NCBI GenBank assembly: GCA_963791445.1
Contig: CAWBSN010000026.1
Location: forward strand, 22,635-86,634
DNA: 64,000 nt
Origin: an uncultured Acidobacteriaceae bacterium
GTDB taxonomy: Bacteria; Acidobacteriota; Terriglobia; Terriglobales; Acidobacteriaceae
Reading direction: 5' to 3'
Below the pieces are notes generated by a model, which made no database searches, was not told the origin of the DNA, and worked only from the letters and a program-made list of their open reading frames with translations. The position numbers were made by a program, and so were the translations under genes. Of the stretch, positions 10,300 to 19,684 are shown one piece after another; the first letter of the stretch is position 1, and every line of letters starts with the position of its first letter.

Positions 10300-10605
10300 T
10301 CAGGCGTGGGTGGACTTCACGGCGAGAACTTCCGGCTTGGCAACATCCGGAGGTTTGGAAAAAAGATCCTTGGCTTTGGCGAAGAGCGCCTTGGCAATTT
10401 CGCCGTTGAGGTGGGCGTTGCGGCCGTTTTCATCGGCAAAGGTATCGAAGATGCCGTATTTGCCGGGCCCCATTTTTATGGCGTACCAACTCAGGGTCGC
10501 CGCTTCGCGTTCGGCCAGCGGTTGCGCCGACTTCAGAAAATCTTCCACCTCTTTTTCTTTTCCCGGTTTCGCTTCCAGTTGTGCCCAAATGGCGAGTCTG
10601 CTCAT
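10300..10605 (-). CDS. Antibiotic-biosynthesis-monooxygenase (ABM)-like small protein
   Basis: 101-aa ferredoxin-like ABM pattern (…AKPGKEKEVEDFLKSA…WYAIKMGPGKYGIFDTF…). Confidence 0.7.
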   Translation of the reverse strand: MSRLAIWAQLEAKPGKEKEVEDFLKSAQPLAEREAATLSWYAIKMGPGKYGIFDTFADENGRNAHLNGEIAKALFAKAKDLFSKPPDVAKPEVLAVKSTHA

Positions 10606-10713
10606 GGCTGCTTCCTCCTGAGCATAAGATGCGCGTCTTGATCGTTTGGTGACAGACCTGATCGGAGATCACAAGGCGTCAGCTTCTAGTTCCTCCGATA
10701 TAATTGGCGCAAT

Positions 10714-11172
10714 ATGAGCTTAGTCGAACAGATACAGAAAGACATTACGGCAGCCATGAAAGCACGCGAGGAGCAACGGCTCTCCACCTTGCGCATGGTC
10801 AAGAGCGCGCTGAAGAATCGCCAAATCGAGAAAATGGCGCCGCTCGATGACAAAGAGTCTCAGGCCGTCCTCACCACGCTGATCAAGCAGCGTAAAGAGT
10901 CGGTCGAGCAGTTCACCAAAGGTGGACGCCAGGAGATGGCCGACAAAGAAGCCGCCGAGATCGTGCTGATCGAGACCTACCTGCCCAAAGCTTCCGGCGA
11001 AGCGGAAGTGGTTGCTGGAGTGAAAGCTGTGATCGCCGAAATGGGCTCTCCCACCATGAAAGAAATGGGCACGGTGATGAAGAACGTGATGGCGCGGTTC
11101 TCCGGTGCCGGCATGCGCGTGGATGGGAAGATGGTCAGCGAGGCGGTGAAGCGGGAGCTGGCGGGAAAGTAG
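10714..11172 (+). CDS. GatB/YqeY domain-containing protein
   Basis: 152 aa. MSLVEQIQKDITAAMKAREEQRLSTLRMVKSALKN… is a typical YqeY N-terminus. Confidence 0.85.
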   Translation: MSLVEQIQKDITAAMKAREEQRLSTLRMVKSALKNRQIEKMAPLDDKESQAVLTTLIKQRKESVEQFTKGGRQEMADKEAAEIVLIETYLPKASGEAEVVAGVKAVIAEMGSPTMKEMGTVMKNVMARFSGAGMRVDGKMVSEAVKRELAGK

Positions 11173-11193
11173 TGGTCGGTGGCAAGGGTTTAT

Positions 11194-11236
11194 ATGGGAC
11201 AGCCGCCTTCGGCAGCCGGTCGAGTGTAGCTCGACA
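11194..11236 (+). repeat. Degenerate CATGTGGGGACAGCCGCCTTCGGCTGTCC-type repeat module
   Basis: ATGGGACAGCCGCCTTCGGCAGCCGG followed by hairpin GTCGAG-TGTAG-CTCGAC. Related to 29422, 56185 and 57047. Confidence 0.5.
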
Positions 11237-11362
11237 TCGCAAGACCTGATGGGAGTGACAGTGTCATTTCGAAGGTAGGTTGAAGGGCGCCCAAGCCTTC
11301 TCCAGTCTTCTTCTTTATATCGAGGAAGTAGGTCGTGCCGAGACTCTGCTCACTCGAAAGAG

Positions 11363-11714
11363 TTGAAAACGCTCACGCGAAACTTCGTAGGGTACGCGAA
11401 GAACGGCCGTGGGACTATATTGGGCCAGGCAAAAGGTATTTTGCTCTATTTACATGAGGATTGCGAACCCCTTCGCCTTGAATTTGACCGAGAGCTATAT
11501 GTTCAGGAGTGGGTGAAGACACAGTTTGCCGGCGTTGAAACACATATTCGCCTGATCCAAATGCTCAGAGACCTTAAGAGGTTTTTCCAGACTGCTCTTC
11601 TCCTTCAACGACGAAGGAGAGTATTGGGAAAGTCGAAAAGAAAGCGGCCTTGAACTGAGTACATTCCGACGTTGCAACGAAGTGATCGCTGAGTTCCGTC
11701 CGCAAAACTGCTAG
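11363..11714 (+). CDS. Hypothetical protein in an AT-richer patch, probably frame-broken near 11590
   Basis: TTG-start ORF 11363..11653. A +1 frame continues …LLFSFNDEGEYWESRKESGLELSTFRRCNEVIAEFRPQNC to the TAG at 11712-11714. No family recognised. Confidence 0.3.
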
Positions 11715-11780
11715 CTCTCAAGTCTAAGTGCCCAGAACTCTACGGAAGGCTAATAGATCTGCATCGAGATCTGATGGCTG

Positions 11781-12716
11781 CTATTTACCTCTCTGCAACT
11801 CCCGGTACGCTTCGCTCTTTGAAATCCCACGCTCCTTCGCAACTTTTTTCAGCGCGGCTTTCTCGTCGACTTTCTCTTCCCCCATGATCTGCTCGACTCG
11901 CTGCCTGACTGATACCCGGACGACGAATGCGTCCGTCGCCCGCACGAGCATCCTCTTCCTCGGCCTTCCCAATCAGCAGCGTGATCTCGCCCTTCACTCC
12001 GTCGCGCGCTGCAACGTCTCGAGAATCTCTCCCGCGCGCCCGCGTAGGAATTCTTCATGCAGCTTGGTTACTTCGCGCGCGATCACCACATGCCGGGCGT
12101 TCCCCAGAACTTCGACAACATCCGCAAGCGCCTCAACAATCCGGTGCGGAGCTTCGTAGAAAACCTGGGTGCGCGGTGAAGTCCTGATCGCCTCCAGCGC
12201 AGCCCGCCGCTCTCCGCGCTTGGCTGGAAGAAATCCACTGAAGCGAAATGAGTCCGTTGGCAATCCGCTCGCCACCAGCGCTGCCAGAAATGCCGACGCT
12301 CCGGGAATCGGCACCACCGGCACATGATGTCGAATAGCCAGTGAAATCAGCCGGTATCCCGGATCGGAAATCCCGGGCATGCCCGCATCCGTCACCAGCG
12401 CGACGCTCGCGCCCTCCTGCATTTCCTTCACCAGCTCCGCGGCGCGCGTCATCTCGTTGTGCTCGTGGTAGCTGATGGTGCGGGTCGTGATGCCGTAGTG
12501 GTTGAGCAGCTTCTGCGTCTGGCGAGTGTCTTCGCAGGCGATCTGGTCCACTTCCTTGAGCACGCGCAGGGCGCGCAGCGTGATGTCTTCCAGATTGCCG
12601 ATCGGCGTCGCAACAAGATAAAGAGCCGGGCCCGGCGCGAGCGCAGACCCAGAAGTCTGCGACTGGGCGGTTTCAGGCTGGTCAGTCTCGGACTCGTCGA
12701 GCTTTGCGGCCAGCAT
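11781..12716 (-). CDS. rsmI: 16S rRNA (cytidine1402-2'-O)-methyltransferase RsmI, two frame breaks
   Basis: LYLVATPIGNLEDITLRALRVL…EDTR…GISDPG core in 11994..12716. The C-terminus continues as VKGEITLLIGKAEEED (second frame) and then …EKVDEKAALKKVAKERGISKSEAYRELQRGK (third frame). Breaks are near 11994-12002 and the CCC run at 11939-11941. Confidence 0.85.
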
Positions 12717-12814
12717 CCTTCATGGCCGGAGTCTACCACCGCAGCAGCCGTAACTTCGTGGCCTCGCAAGCCGTTGTGCTATGGTACGCACGTTCCATCC
12801 GTGGAGACTTCTGC

Positions 12815-13153
12815 GTGACCGCCAACGATTTTCGCCGCCTGGCACTGGCTCTTCCTGAAACCGCAGAACACGCTCACATGGACCACCCGGATTTCCGCAT
12901 CGGAGGAAAGATCTTCGCCACCCTTGGCTATCCCGCCAAAGGCTGGGGCATGGTCAAGCTCACCCCCGAGCAGCAACACTATTTCTCGAAGGACTATCCC
13001 GGCGTTTTCGTTCCTGCGAAGGGAGCATGGGGGCGCAATGGCGCCACCACGGTGCACCTAAAGGAAGTAAGCAAGACAACATTGAAGAAAGCACTCTCCG
13101 CGGCCTGGCGCAATACCGTTCCCAAGCGCCTCGCGGAGCAATTCTTGAAGTAG
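12815..13153 (+). CDS. MmcQ/YjbR family DNA-binding protein
   Basis: GTG 12815 follows GGAGA. …LALALPETAEHAHMDHPDFRIGGKIFATLGYP… matches the YjbR pattern. Confidence 0.7.
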   Translation: MTANDFRRLALALPETAEHAHMDHPDFRIGGKIFATLGYPAKGWGMVKLTPEQQHYFSKDYPGVFVPAKGAWGRNGATTVHLKEVSKTTLKKALSAAWRNTVPKRLAEQFLK

Positions 13154-13191
13154 ACTTTAGCGTAAGCATCGCGAATCCCCCGAGCCGTACC

Positions 13192-13533
13192 TCACCCAAA
13201 GCGGCTTCTCGCCGGCCGCCGAAACGCGCCCATGAAATCGTCCAATTCCTGGAGGGAGAACGGCTTTTTCAGAACCGGCGATGCCGTAATGAAGGCGAAC
13301 TTCTGTTTGGGATCCTTCTGACGCAGGGCTTCGATCAGTTTGGCACCACCGGCATTGGAACTGCGCAGGAATTTCAACGCGATGAGAACAACGTCATGAG
13401 GTCCTTTGTCGGAGTAAATACGGAGCGCTTCACTGCAGTTCGGCGCCAGTCCGACTTCATAACCGAGCTTGTTGAGCATAACGCCGGTAGCCTTTAAAGC
13501 CGCATCTTCTGATTCAACCACCAGGACCTTCAT
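13192..13533 (-). CDS. Stand-alone receiver-like domain protein lacking the phospho-acceptor Asp
   Basis: CheY-like layout (MKVLVVESED…, …FITAS…, …LKKPF), but the beta3 end reads HDVVLIALKF, with Ala where the Asp is expected. Confidence 0.6.
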   Translation of the reverse strand: MKVLVVESEDAALKATGVMLNKLGYEVGLAPNCSEALRIYSDKGPHDVVLIALKFLRSSNAGGAKLIEALRQKDPKQKFAFITASPVLKKPFSLQELDDFMGAFRRPARSRFG

Positions 13534-13738
13534 GGATCGCCCCCTTGTTTCCTCCTCGAAATGTTAGACAGAAAAACAGCCCGATGAAAGAGACGACTCT
13601 GGTGCCGGGAGCGCCACAAGCCGGGGTTTATCGATTTTCCCGGCACTATAGCTATCCCCCAGGCAGAATTGACGCAATCGAACCCGGCCCCTAGAATCAG
13701 AATGGATCCAGGTTTTTCTCACAAACGTCCCTGAAACC

Positions 13739-14131
13739 ATGCCCCTTTACGAATACGAATGCGAGAAGTGCGGTCATCGCTTCGAGAAAATTCAGAAATT
13801 CTCCGACAAGATGGTCAAAAAGTGTCCCGAATGCGGCGGCCGGGTTGAGCAGATGATTTCCGCGCCCGCCGTGCAGTTCAAGGGATCGGGCTGGTACGTC
13901 ACCGACTACGCCAACAAGTCCCACGCGCCCAGCTCCGACAGCGGGAAGGACGCGAAGAAGGAAGAAAAGTCGAAGTCGGAGGGTTCGTCGAGGGAAAGCT
14001 CGTCGAAGGAGAACTCCGCCAAAGGCTCATCTTCTGACAGTTCCTCGAAAGAGAGCTCCAGCAAAGAGAGCTCTACGAAAGAAAGCGCGAACCGAGTCAG
14101 TTCGTCCCGCAAGCCCGACAAGCACGGGTAG
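13739..14131 (+). CDS. FmdB/CxxC_CxxC_SSSS zinc-ribbon family protein with Ser/Lys/Glu-rich tail
   Basis: MPLYEYECEKCGHRFE…KCPECGG. The tail has SSKESSSKESSTKES-type low complexity. Confidence 0.8.
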   Translation: MPLYEYECEKCGHRFEKIQKFSDKMVKKCPECGGRVEQMISAPAVQFKGSGWYVTDYANKSHAPSSDSGKDAKKEEKSKSEGSSRESSSKENSAKGSSSDSSSKESSSKESSTKESANRVSSSRKPDKHG

Positions 14132-14137
14132 ATTTCC

Positions 14138-16370
14138 CTATTTCAGCTCCCGCTCGAAGTGATCTTCAATCATGTGAAACAGGTGCTCGCGCGCATCGCT
14201 GCCAGAGATGCCGTGGGTCTTGTTGGGATAGATCATCAGCCGGAATTGTTTGCCCGCCGTGATTAGAGCGTCAATCATCTGAATGCTGTTTTGGAAGTGC
14301 ACATTATCGTCGCCTGTACCGTGGGCCAGCATCAGCGCTCCGTGCAGATTGGCGGCAGCCTTGGTCATATCGGATTCGGCATAGTTCTTCGCCTCGTCCT
14401 TCAGCAAGCCCATGTAGCGCTCGGTGTAGATTGAGTCGTAGTTGACCCAATCGGTCACGGGCGCCACCGAAACTCCCGCGCGAAACCGGTCGGAGTGCGT
14501 CATTGCGTAGAGCGTCATCGAGCCGCCGTTTGACCATCCCCATATCGCAGCCCGACCTTTATCGAGCTGCGGGTATTGGGCGAGAAGCTGATCGAGCGCC
14601 GTGAGCTGATCTTTTAGTTCAATCACCCCGAACTCGTGGCGAATCGCGGTCTGGAACTTCCGGTCGCGGCCCGGAGTTCCGCGATTATCGACCGAGAAAA
14701 TTGCGAAGCCCCGACGCGACAGGATCTCATCGAACGGATCCTCTGGTTGTTTCAGGACTGTCTGTGCCGCAGGCCCTCCGTAGATATGAACGATCAACGG
14801 AACCTTGCCGCTGGCCGCCGGTCCCGGAGGCAGCAACAAACGTCCGTAAAGCGTGGTGCCGTCGTCCGCTTTGAACTCCAGGAACTTCGGCGATCGCAAT
14901 CCATACTCCGCAAACTCATCGCGCGCCTGCCACACGGGAGCGCATGCGCCGCCCACTGCGCACAAAGACATCCGGGGCGCTGTTAATGCGCCTGAGAATG
15001 TCTGCTCGTAGTGCTTCCCATCCTCAGAAAACTGGGCTGAGTAAACTCCCTCATCATGCGTGAGCTGCTGCAAGCCGGTTCCGTCCAGCTTGACCGAGAA
15101 AACATGCCTTTGCCTCGGATCGCCTTTGTTGGCCGAGAAAAATACGGCGCCGGCGGATTCGTCCACTCCTTCAATTCCTAACACTTCGTAGTCGCCCTGC
15201 GTGAGTTGCCGCTCCAGCTTTGCGTCGGCGGCGAGCGGATTCTGTTTGTCAAAGCTGTAGAGGTAAAGGTGCATATTTCCGTCGCGCCAGCTCGGCCACA
15301 GGAATCCGCCGCTGGAATTCACGAAACGAACTTCCGCGTGGTCGAAATCGATCCACGCGCCAGGAGTAGATTCTGTCAGAACGATCCGCGACCTCCCCGA
15401 CTTTGCATCCACGAAATACAGATCCATCTTGTCCTGCGTGCGGTTAAGAACTTCCGCCCAGATCACGCCGTCGCGGACCCAGCCAAAGCGCGGGATGTAG
15501 GAGTCTTCATCGTTCGTGATGGAAATCCAGCGAACTTTATCCCGGTCTGCATCCACCACGCCCAGCTTCACCACGGGATTCGGATCCCCCACCTCGGGAT
15601 ATTTTTCATTGTCCACGGTCGGATGCGTAGGGCTCAAGTTGACGAGGGGATAGCTTGGCACCTTGGTTTCATCCATGTGCAGAGAAGACGATCTGTTTGC
15701 TGTCGGGCGACCAGAAATAATTGCTGCGCACGGCCAGTTCTTCGGTGTAAACCCAGTCGATGTCACCGTTGAACATGTTCTCCCCGGCATCCTTGGTGAG
15801 CTGTTTTTCGTCCTCTCCGCTCAGCGGCCGGACATAAAGGTTGTGCTTGCGAACGTAAGAAACATGGCTGCCATCGGGGGAGAACTTGGGGTCGATGCTG
15901 GGGTCGGGTGCCGAGGTAAACTGCACGGCGGTGCCCGTCGCCAGATCAAAAAGCCAGAGCTGCCCCTGGGAATCGAAAATCAGGTGCTTCGAATCCGGAG
16001 CCCACAGGTAGGCCGCGACGTGATAGCGCGTCAGGCGCTCGCGTTCGCGCTCATCCTTCACTTTGTTTGCGTCGGGCGCCAGCGACGCCAGTTTGGCGGC
16101 GCTGACCAGGACTTTCTTCTCACCCGTTGCCACATCCACATACCACAGCTCGCCGTGTTCCCCTTCATCGTCGCGCTGCACGTAGGAGAACTTCGTCCCG
16201 TCGGGACTCCACTCCATGTTTTCCGGACCACGGCCGGTGAGCCCTCCGGGTGCGAACATTGCCTCAATGGTGAGGGGTTTCACGGAAGAAGACGATTGCG
16301 CCCAAAGAGGCGTCAACAGGCCGGTGAGAAGGATTGGAGCAAAAGTGGCGAATGAAATCTGCTTCTTCAC
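14138..16370 (-). CDS. Dipeptidyl-peptidase IV-type S9 serine peptidase, frame break near 15680-15688
   Basis: N-terminal beta-propeller part is 15669..16370 (signal peptide; …YFWSPDSKQIVF). It continues as LHMDETKVPSYPLVN… in the 14138..15790 frame. Catalytic GWSNGGSMT and …GTGDDNVH. Confidence 0.85.
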
Positions 16371-16532
16371 GATGAAACCCCGGGGCTAAAAGTAGGAACG
16401 GGAGCGCAAGGCGCGAACGAAAGAGTTTACACCGGCGAGGGCCACGTGCGGGCGCTCCAGCCGGGGGCTGAGCCCGGATCAGGGAGGAAGCGGCGTTTCC
16501 GCGTGTTAGAATTGAGGCTGGGTTACGTCTGG

Positions 16533-17663
16533 ATGCTTCTAGAAATAGAAAACCTGTTGCGCCTGCAGGAAGCGGACAAGGCAATCCGCCGCCTGCAGGA
16601 TGAAATCGCCGAACTCCCCAAACGCGTCGCCGCCATCGAACATAAGCTAGCGGACACCAAGGCCCAACTGGAAAAGGCTCAGGGCGCCGTAAAAGCCGAT
16701 GAAGCCGCCCGCCGCAAATACGACACCGCAATCACAGACCTTCGCAGCAAGATCTCCAAATACCGCGACCAGTCTCTCGATGTAAAAACCAACGAGCAAT
16801 ACAAGGCGCTGTTGCACGAGATCCAGTTTGCGGAGAAAGAAATCGCCGCGACTGAGGACAAGATCCTTGAGCTGATGGTGAATGCGGACGCGCGCGACAA
16901 AGAAGTAAAAGCCGCCCAGGCTGAACTGAAAGCGGAAGCCGCCGAGATCGAAAAAGAGAAGGTTGAAGCTCGCCAGCGCACAGCCGAAGACGAGAAGCAA
17001 CTTGCCGAGTGGCGCGCCAAGCGGGATCAGATGCGGGCCGGCGTCAACGAAGATCTTCTGCGGCACTACGAGCGCGTATCCAAGTTTCGCGGCAGCGGCA
17101 TCTCCGAAGTGCTCGATCACAAATGTATGGCCTGCCAGGTTATGCTGCGGCCGCAGACCTATAACGATGTCCGCACCGGCCAGCAAACCGTGGTTTGCGA
17201 TTCCTGCCAGCGCATCCTCTACTTCAATCCCGCGAACGAAATGCTGGCGCTTGAGCCCGAACACAAACGCTCCCGCCGCCACCATCCCAAGATCGACGCT
17301 CCTCAGGCCTGGTACTACCGTCAGGAATTCGGCGACGCCGGCGAGGTTTTCCTGTGCTTCAACAATGCCTCGGGCCAGGCTACGCGTCGCGTCTTCGACA
17401 TGCATACCGGCCGTCTCATCGGCGACATTCTCATCCGCGAGGGAGATTTTCGTCATGCCTTCCCGGAAGACATTACCGGCGCCATCCGCCTGAACGGAAG
17501 CTGGACGGAGCACGAAATGGAAACCTGGGGCACCGAAATGCCCATGACGGCGCTTGATTCGCTTCACGTTGATCTGGAGGCCGCACAGTACGAAATGCGC
17601 ACCCGCACTTCCGGCAAGGCCGAGAAGCCCGCCGCCGTTCCCACCGAACAAGCCGCCAGCTAG
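16533..17663 (+). CDS. Coiled-coil plus C4 zinc-ribbon protein (COG1579/DUF164-like) with ~130-aa C-terminal extension
   Basis: MLLEIENLLRLQEADKAIRRLQDEI… long coiled coil, then CMACQVMLRPQ…VVCDSCQRILY. An extra C-terminal region is of unknown family. Confidence 0.7.
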   Translation: MLLEIENLLRLQEADKAIRRLQDEIAELPKRVAAIEHKLADTKAQLEKAQGAVKADEAARRKYDTAITDLRSKISKYRDQSLDVKTNEQYKALLHEIQFAEKEIAATEDKILELMVNADARDKEVKAAQAELKAEAAEIEKEKVEARQRTAEDEKQLAEWRAKRDQMRAGVNEDLLRHYERVSKFRGSGISEVLDHKCMACQVMLRPQTYNDVRTGQQTVVCDSCQRILYFNPANEMLALEPEHKRSRRHHPKIDAPQAWYYRQEFGDAGEVFLCFNNASGQATRRVFDMHTGRLIGDILIREGDFRHAFPEDITGAIRLNGSWTEHEMETWGTEMPMTALDSLHVDLEAAQYEMRTRTSGKAEKPAAVPTEQAAS

Positions 17664-17686
17664 GCTCCAGCGTTTAAGATTGCTGC

Positions 17687-18897
17687 ATGCCCAAGACGAC
17701 CAGCCATCCGAGCATTCCCATCGTCAAGATTTCCGCACGCGGGTCATCCCGCCTGAAGGACGGCCACGTCTGGGTCTATCGCTCCGACATCGTATCGGCT
17801 GAAGACGTTCCCCCAGGCTCACTCGTCAGAGTACAAGATCATCGCGGCCAGCCGCTCGGCGGCGCGCTCTATTCCAGCTCTTCGCAAATCGCCATCCGCC
17901 TGATCTCGCGCGAGCCCGTCGCCGACTTCCCGGCGTTGCTTCGCCAGCGCATTGCCGAGGCTATCGCCTATCGCGAACGGATCGTCCACGATACCAATGC
18001 CTACCGCATCATCTTCAGCGAAGCCGATTTCCTTCCCGGCCTCATCGTCGATCGCTACCACGACATTCTTTCGATGCAGATCCTGACTCAGGCCATGGAC
18101 GCCGAGATCGTGCGCCAGACGCTGACTTCAGAGCTCACCGACAGACTGCATCCGGCGTCCATCGTCGAGCGTGTCGACCCGCGGGTCCGCCAACTCGAGG
18201 ATCTGCCGCCCCGCGCCTCTGGTCTGGTGCAGGGCGAAAAAGCCTCCACCATCTTCACCATGAACGGCGTGCAGTTCCACTTCGACGCCCTCGAAGGCCA
18301 GAAGACCGGAGCCTTCCTCGACCAGCGCGAGAACTACGCCGCCGCTGCCCAATACGCCCACGGCGAAGCCCTCGACGTATTCTGCTATCAGGGAGGCTTC
18401 GCGCTTCATCTGGCTCCTCGCTGCGCGCACGTCACCGGCATCGATAGTTCCAGGCCTGCGCTCGAAGTTGCCGACCAGAATGCCGCGCTTAACCGCCGCG
18501 ACCAGCAGCCGGCCAGAGATCGAATGGATCGAAGCCAACGCCTTCGATCTGCTCAAGGACTACTCCGCCTCCGGTCAGCGCTACGACACGATCGTCCTCG
18601 ACCCGCCGGCGTTCGCCAAGAGTAAGCGCGACCTCGATGCCGCCCTCCGCGGCTATAAAGAACTCAACCTCCGCGCCCTGAAGATGCTTGCGCCCAGGCG
18701 GCGTCCTGGTCACCTGCTCCTGCTCCTACCACGTCAGCCAAGCCGACTTCCTGGAAGTGCTGGCCGACGCCGCCCGCGACGCCCACCGGACCCTGCGCGT
18801 GGTCGAGGTCCGCGGACAGGCTAAAGATCATCCCATCCTGCTAAATGTGCCTGAAACCGCCTACCTTAAGTGCGTAATATCAATTGTAAGTAACTGA
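17687..18897 (+). CDS. RlmI-like class I SAM-dependent rRNA (cytosine-C5) methyltransferase, two frame breaks
   Basis: PUA-like N-terminus (…RLKDGHVWVYRSDI…), GAFLDQREN, then …EIEWIEANAFDLL…IVLDPPAFAKS (second frame) and RPGGVLVTCSCSYHV… (third frame). Breaks are at about 18490-18518 and 18690. Confidence 0.8.
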
Positions 18898-18917
18898 AAA
18901 ATATATAATTATATGTA

Positions 18918-18946
18918 TTGACAATAACACACTCATATTTTATGCT
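18918..18946 (+). promoter_or_regulatory. Near-consensus sigma70-type promoter for hsp20 (TTGACA-17 nt-TATGCT)
   Basis: TTGACA at 18918-18923, a 17-nt spacer, and TATGCT at 18941-18946, within an AT-rich 80-bp patch about 78 nt upstream of the hsp20 ATG. Confidence 0.5.
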
Positions 18947-18974
18947 TCGTTTGTGCTGAATAAGCATCAAACGA
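18947..18974 (+). promoter_or_regulatory. Inverted repeat immediately after the -10 element (candidate operator or 5'-UTR hairpin)
   Basis: TCGTTTGTGCT-GAATA-AGCA(T)CAAACGA: 11-bp arms with one bulged T. Confidence 0.35.
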
Positions 18975-19023
18975 TTTGAACCGGCACTGCCGAATTCCTA
19001 TGAAACCAGCACAGAAGGAGATT

Positions 19024-19536
19024 ATGACCATGACAGTACTTACCCGTTGGGAGCCTTTCCGTGAGCTTTCGACCCTGCAAGACCGCATCAACCGCGCCTT
19101 CCGCGAGTCTTATCGCGAAGGTGGGCGGGATGAGTCCCTCACTACCTCAAGCTTTGCCCCCGCCGTCGACGTCTACGAAGACGAGCACAACGTCACGTTG
19201 AAGATCGAAGTTCCGGGCATCGACGAGAAGGACATCGACGTCAACCTCGAGAACAACACCCTCACCGTGCACGGCGAGCGCAAGATCGAGAAAGAAGAGA
19301 AGGAAGAGAACTACCGCCGTGTGGAGCGCGAGTACGGCAGCTTCACCCGCACTTTCACTCTGCCCACCACCGTGGATTCCGAGAAAGTCTCGGCAACCTA
19401 CGACAAGGGCGTGTTGAAGGTCACTCTGCCCAAAAAGGCAGAAGCCAAGCCCAAGCAGATCAAAGTCAACGTGGGCGGGACCAAGGCGGAGACCGAGAAG
19501 ACCATCGAAGCCAAAGCCCCCAGCAAAGCCGCGTAA
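19024..19536 (+). CDS. Hsp20/alpha-crystallin family small heat-shock protein
   Basis: ATG 19024 follows AAGGAG. Alpha-crystallin domain (…PAVDVYEDEHNVTLKIEVPGIDEKDIDV…GVLKVTLPK). Confidence 0.9.
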   Translation: MTMTVLTRWEPFRELSTLQDRINRAFRESYREGGRDESLTTSSFAPAVDVYEDEHNVTLKIEVPGIDEKDIDVNLENNTLTVHGERKIEKEEKEENYRRVEREYGSFTRTFTLPTTVDSEKVSATYDKGVLKVTLPKKAEAKPKQIKVNVGGTKAETEKTIEAKAPSKAA

Positions 19537-19573
19537 GTGAAGTGCGTGTGTAGAACTGGATCTCTGATCCGGT

Positions 19574-19631
19574 CGCCGGGCGAAGCCCGGCGGTTTACAA
19601 TCGACGGGAGGCGGCAGAAACTGCGCCTCCC
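19574..19631 (+). terminator. Two GC hairpins downstream of hsp20 (probable terminator region)
   Basis: CGCCGGGC-GAA-GCCCGGCG followed by GTTT (19574-19595). GGGAGGCG-N10-CGCCTCCC followed by ATTGTTGTTG (19606-19640). Confidence 0.45.
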
Positions 19632-19684
19632 ATTGTTGTTGTAGGCTGGCAATTCGAAGTCCTCCCTGTTGGCTTGCCCGTTTC

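Noticed and set aside
16647-17651. Long antisense ORFs opposite well-supported genes. Examples: 16647..17651, 21284..22180, 23986..25080, 30435..31400, 31551..32462, 41446..42147, 48384..49217, 52268..53119 and 54231..55019.
   Set aside because: They lie opposite genes with clear family signatures. Their products are Arg/Gly/His/Pro-rich with no motifs. This is typical of open shadow frames in GC-rich DNA.
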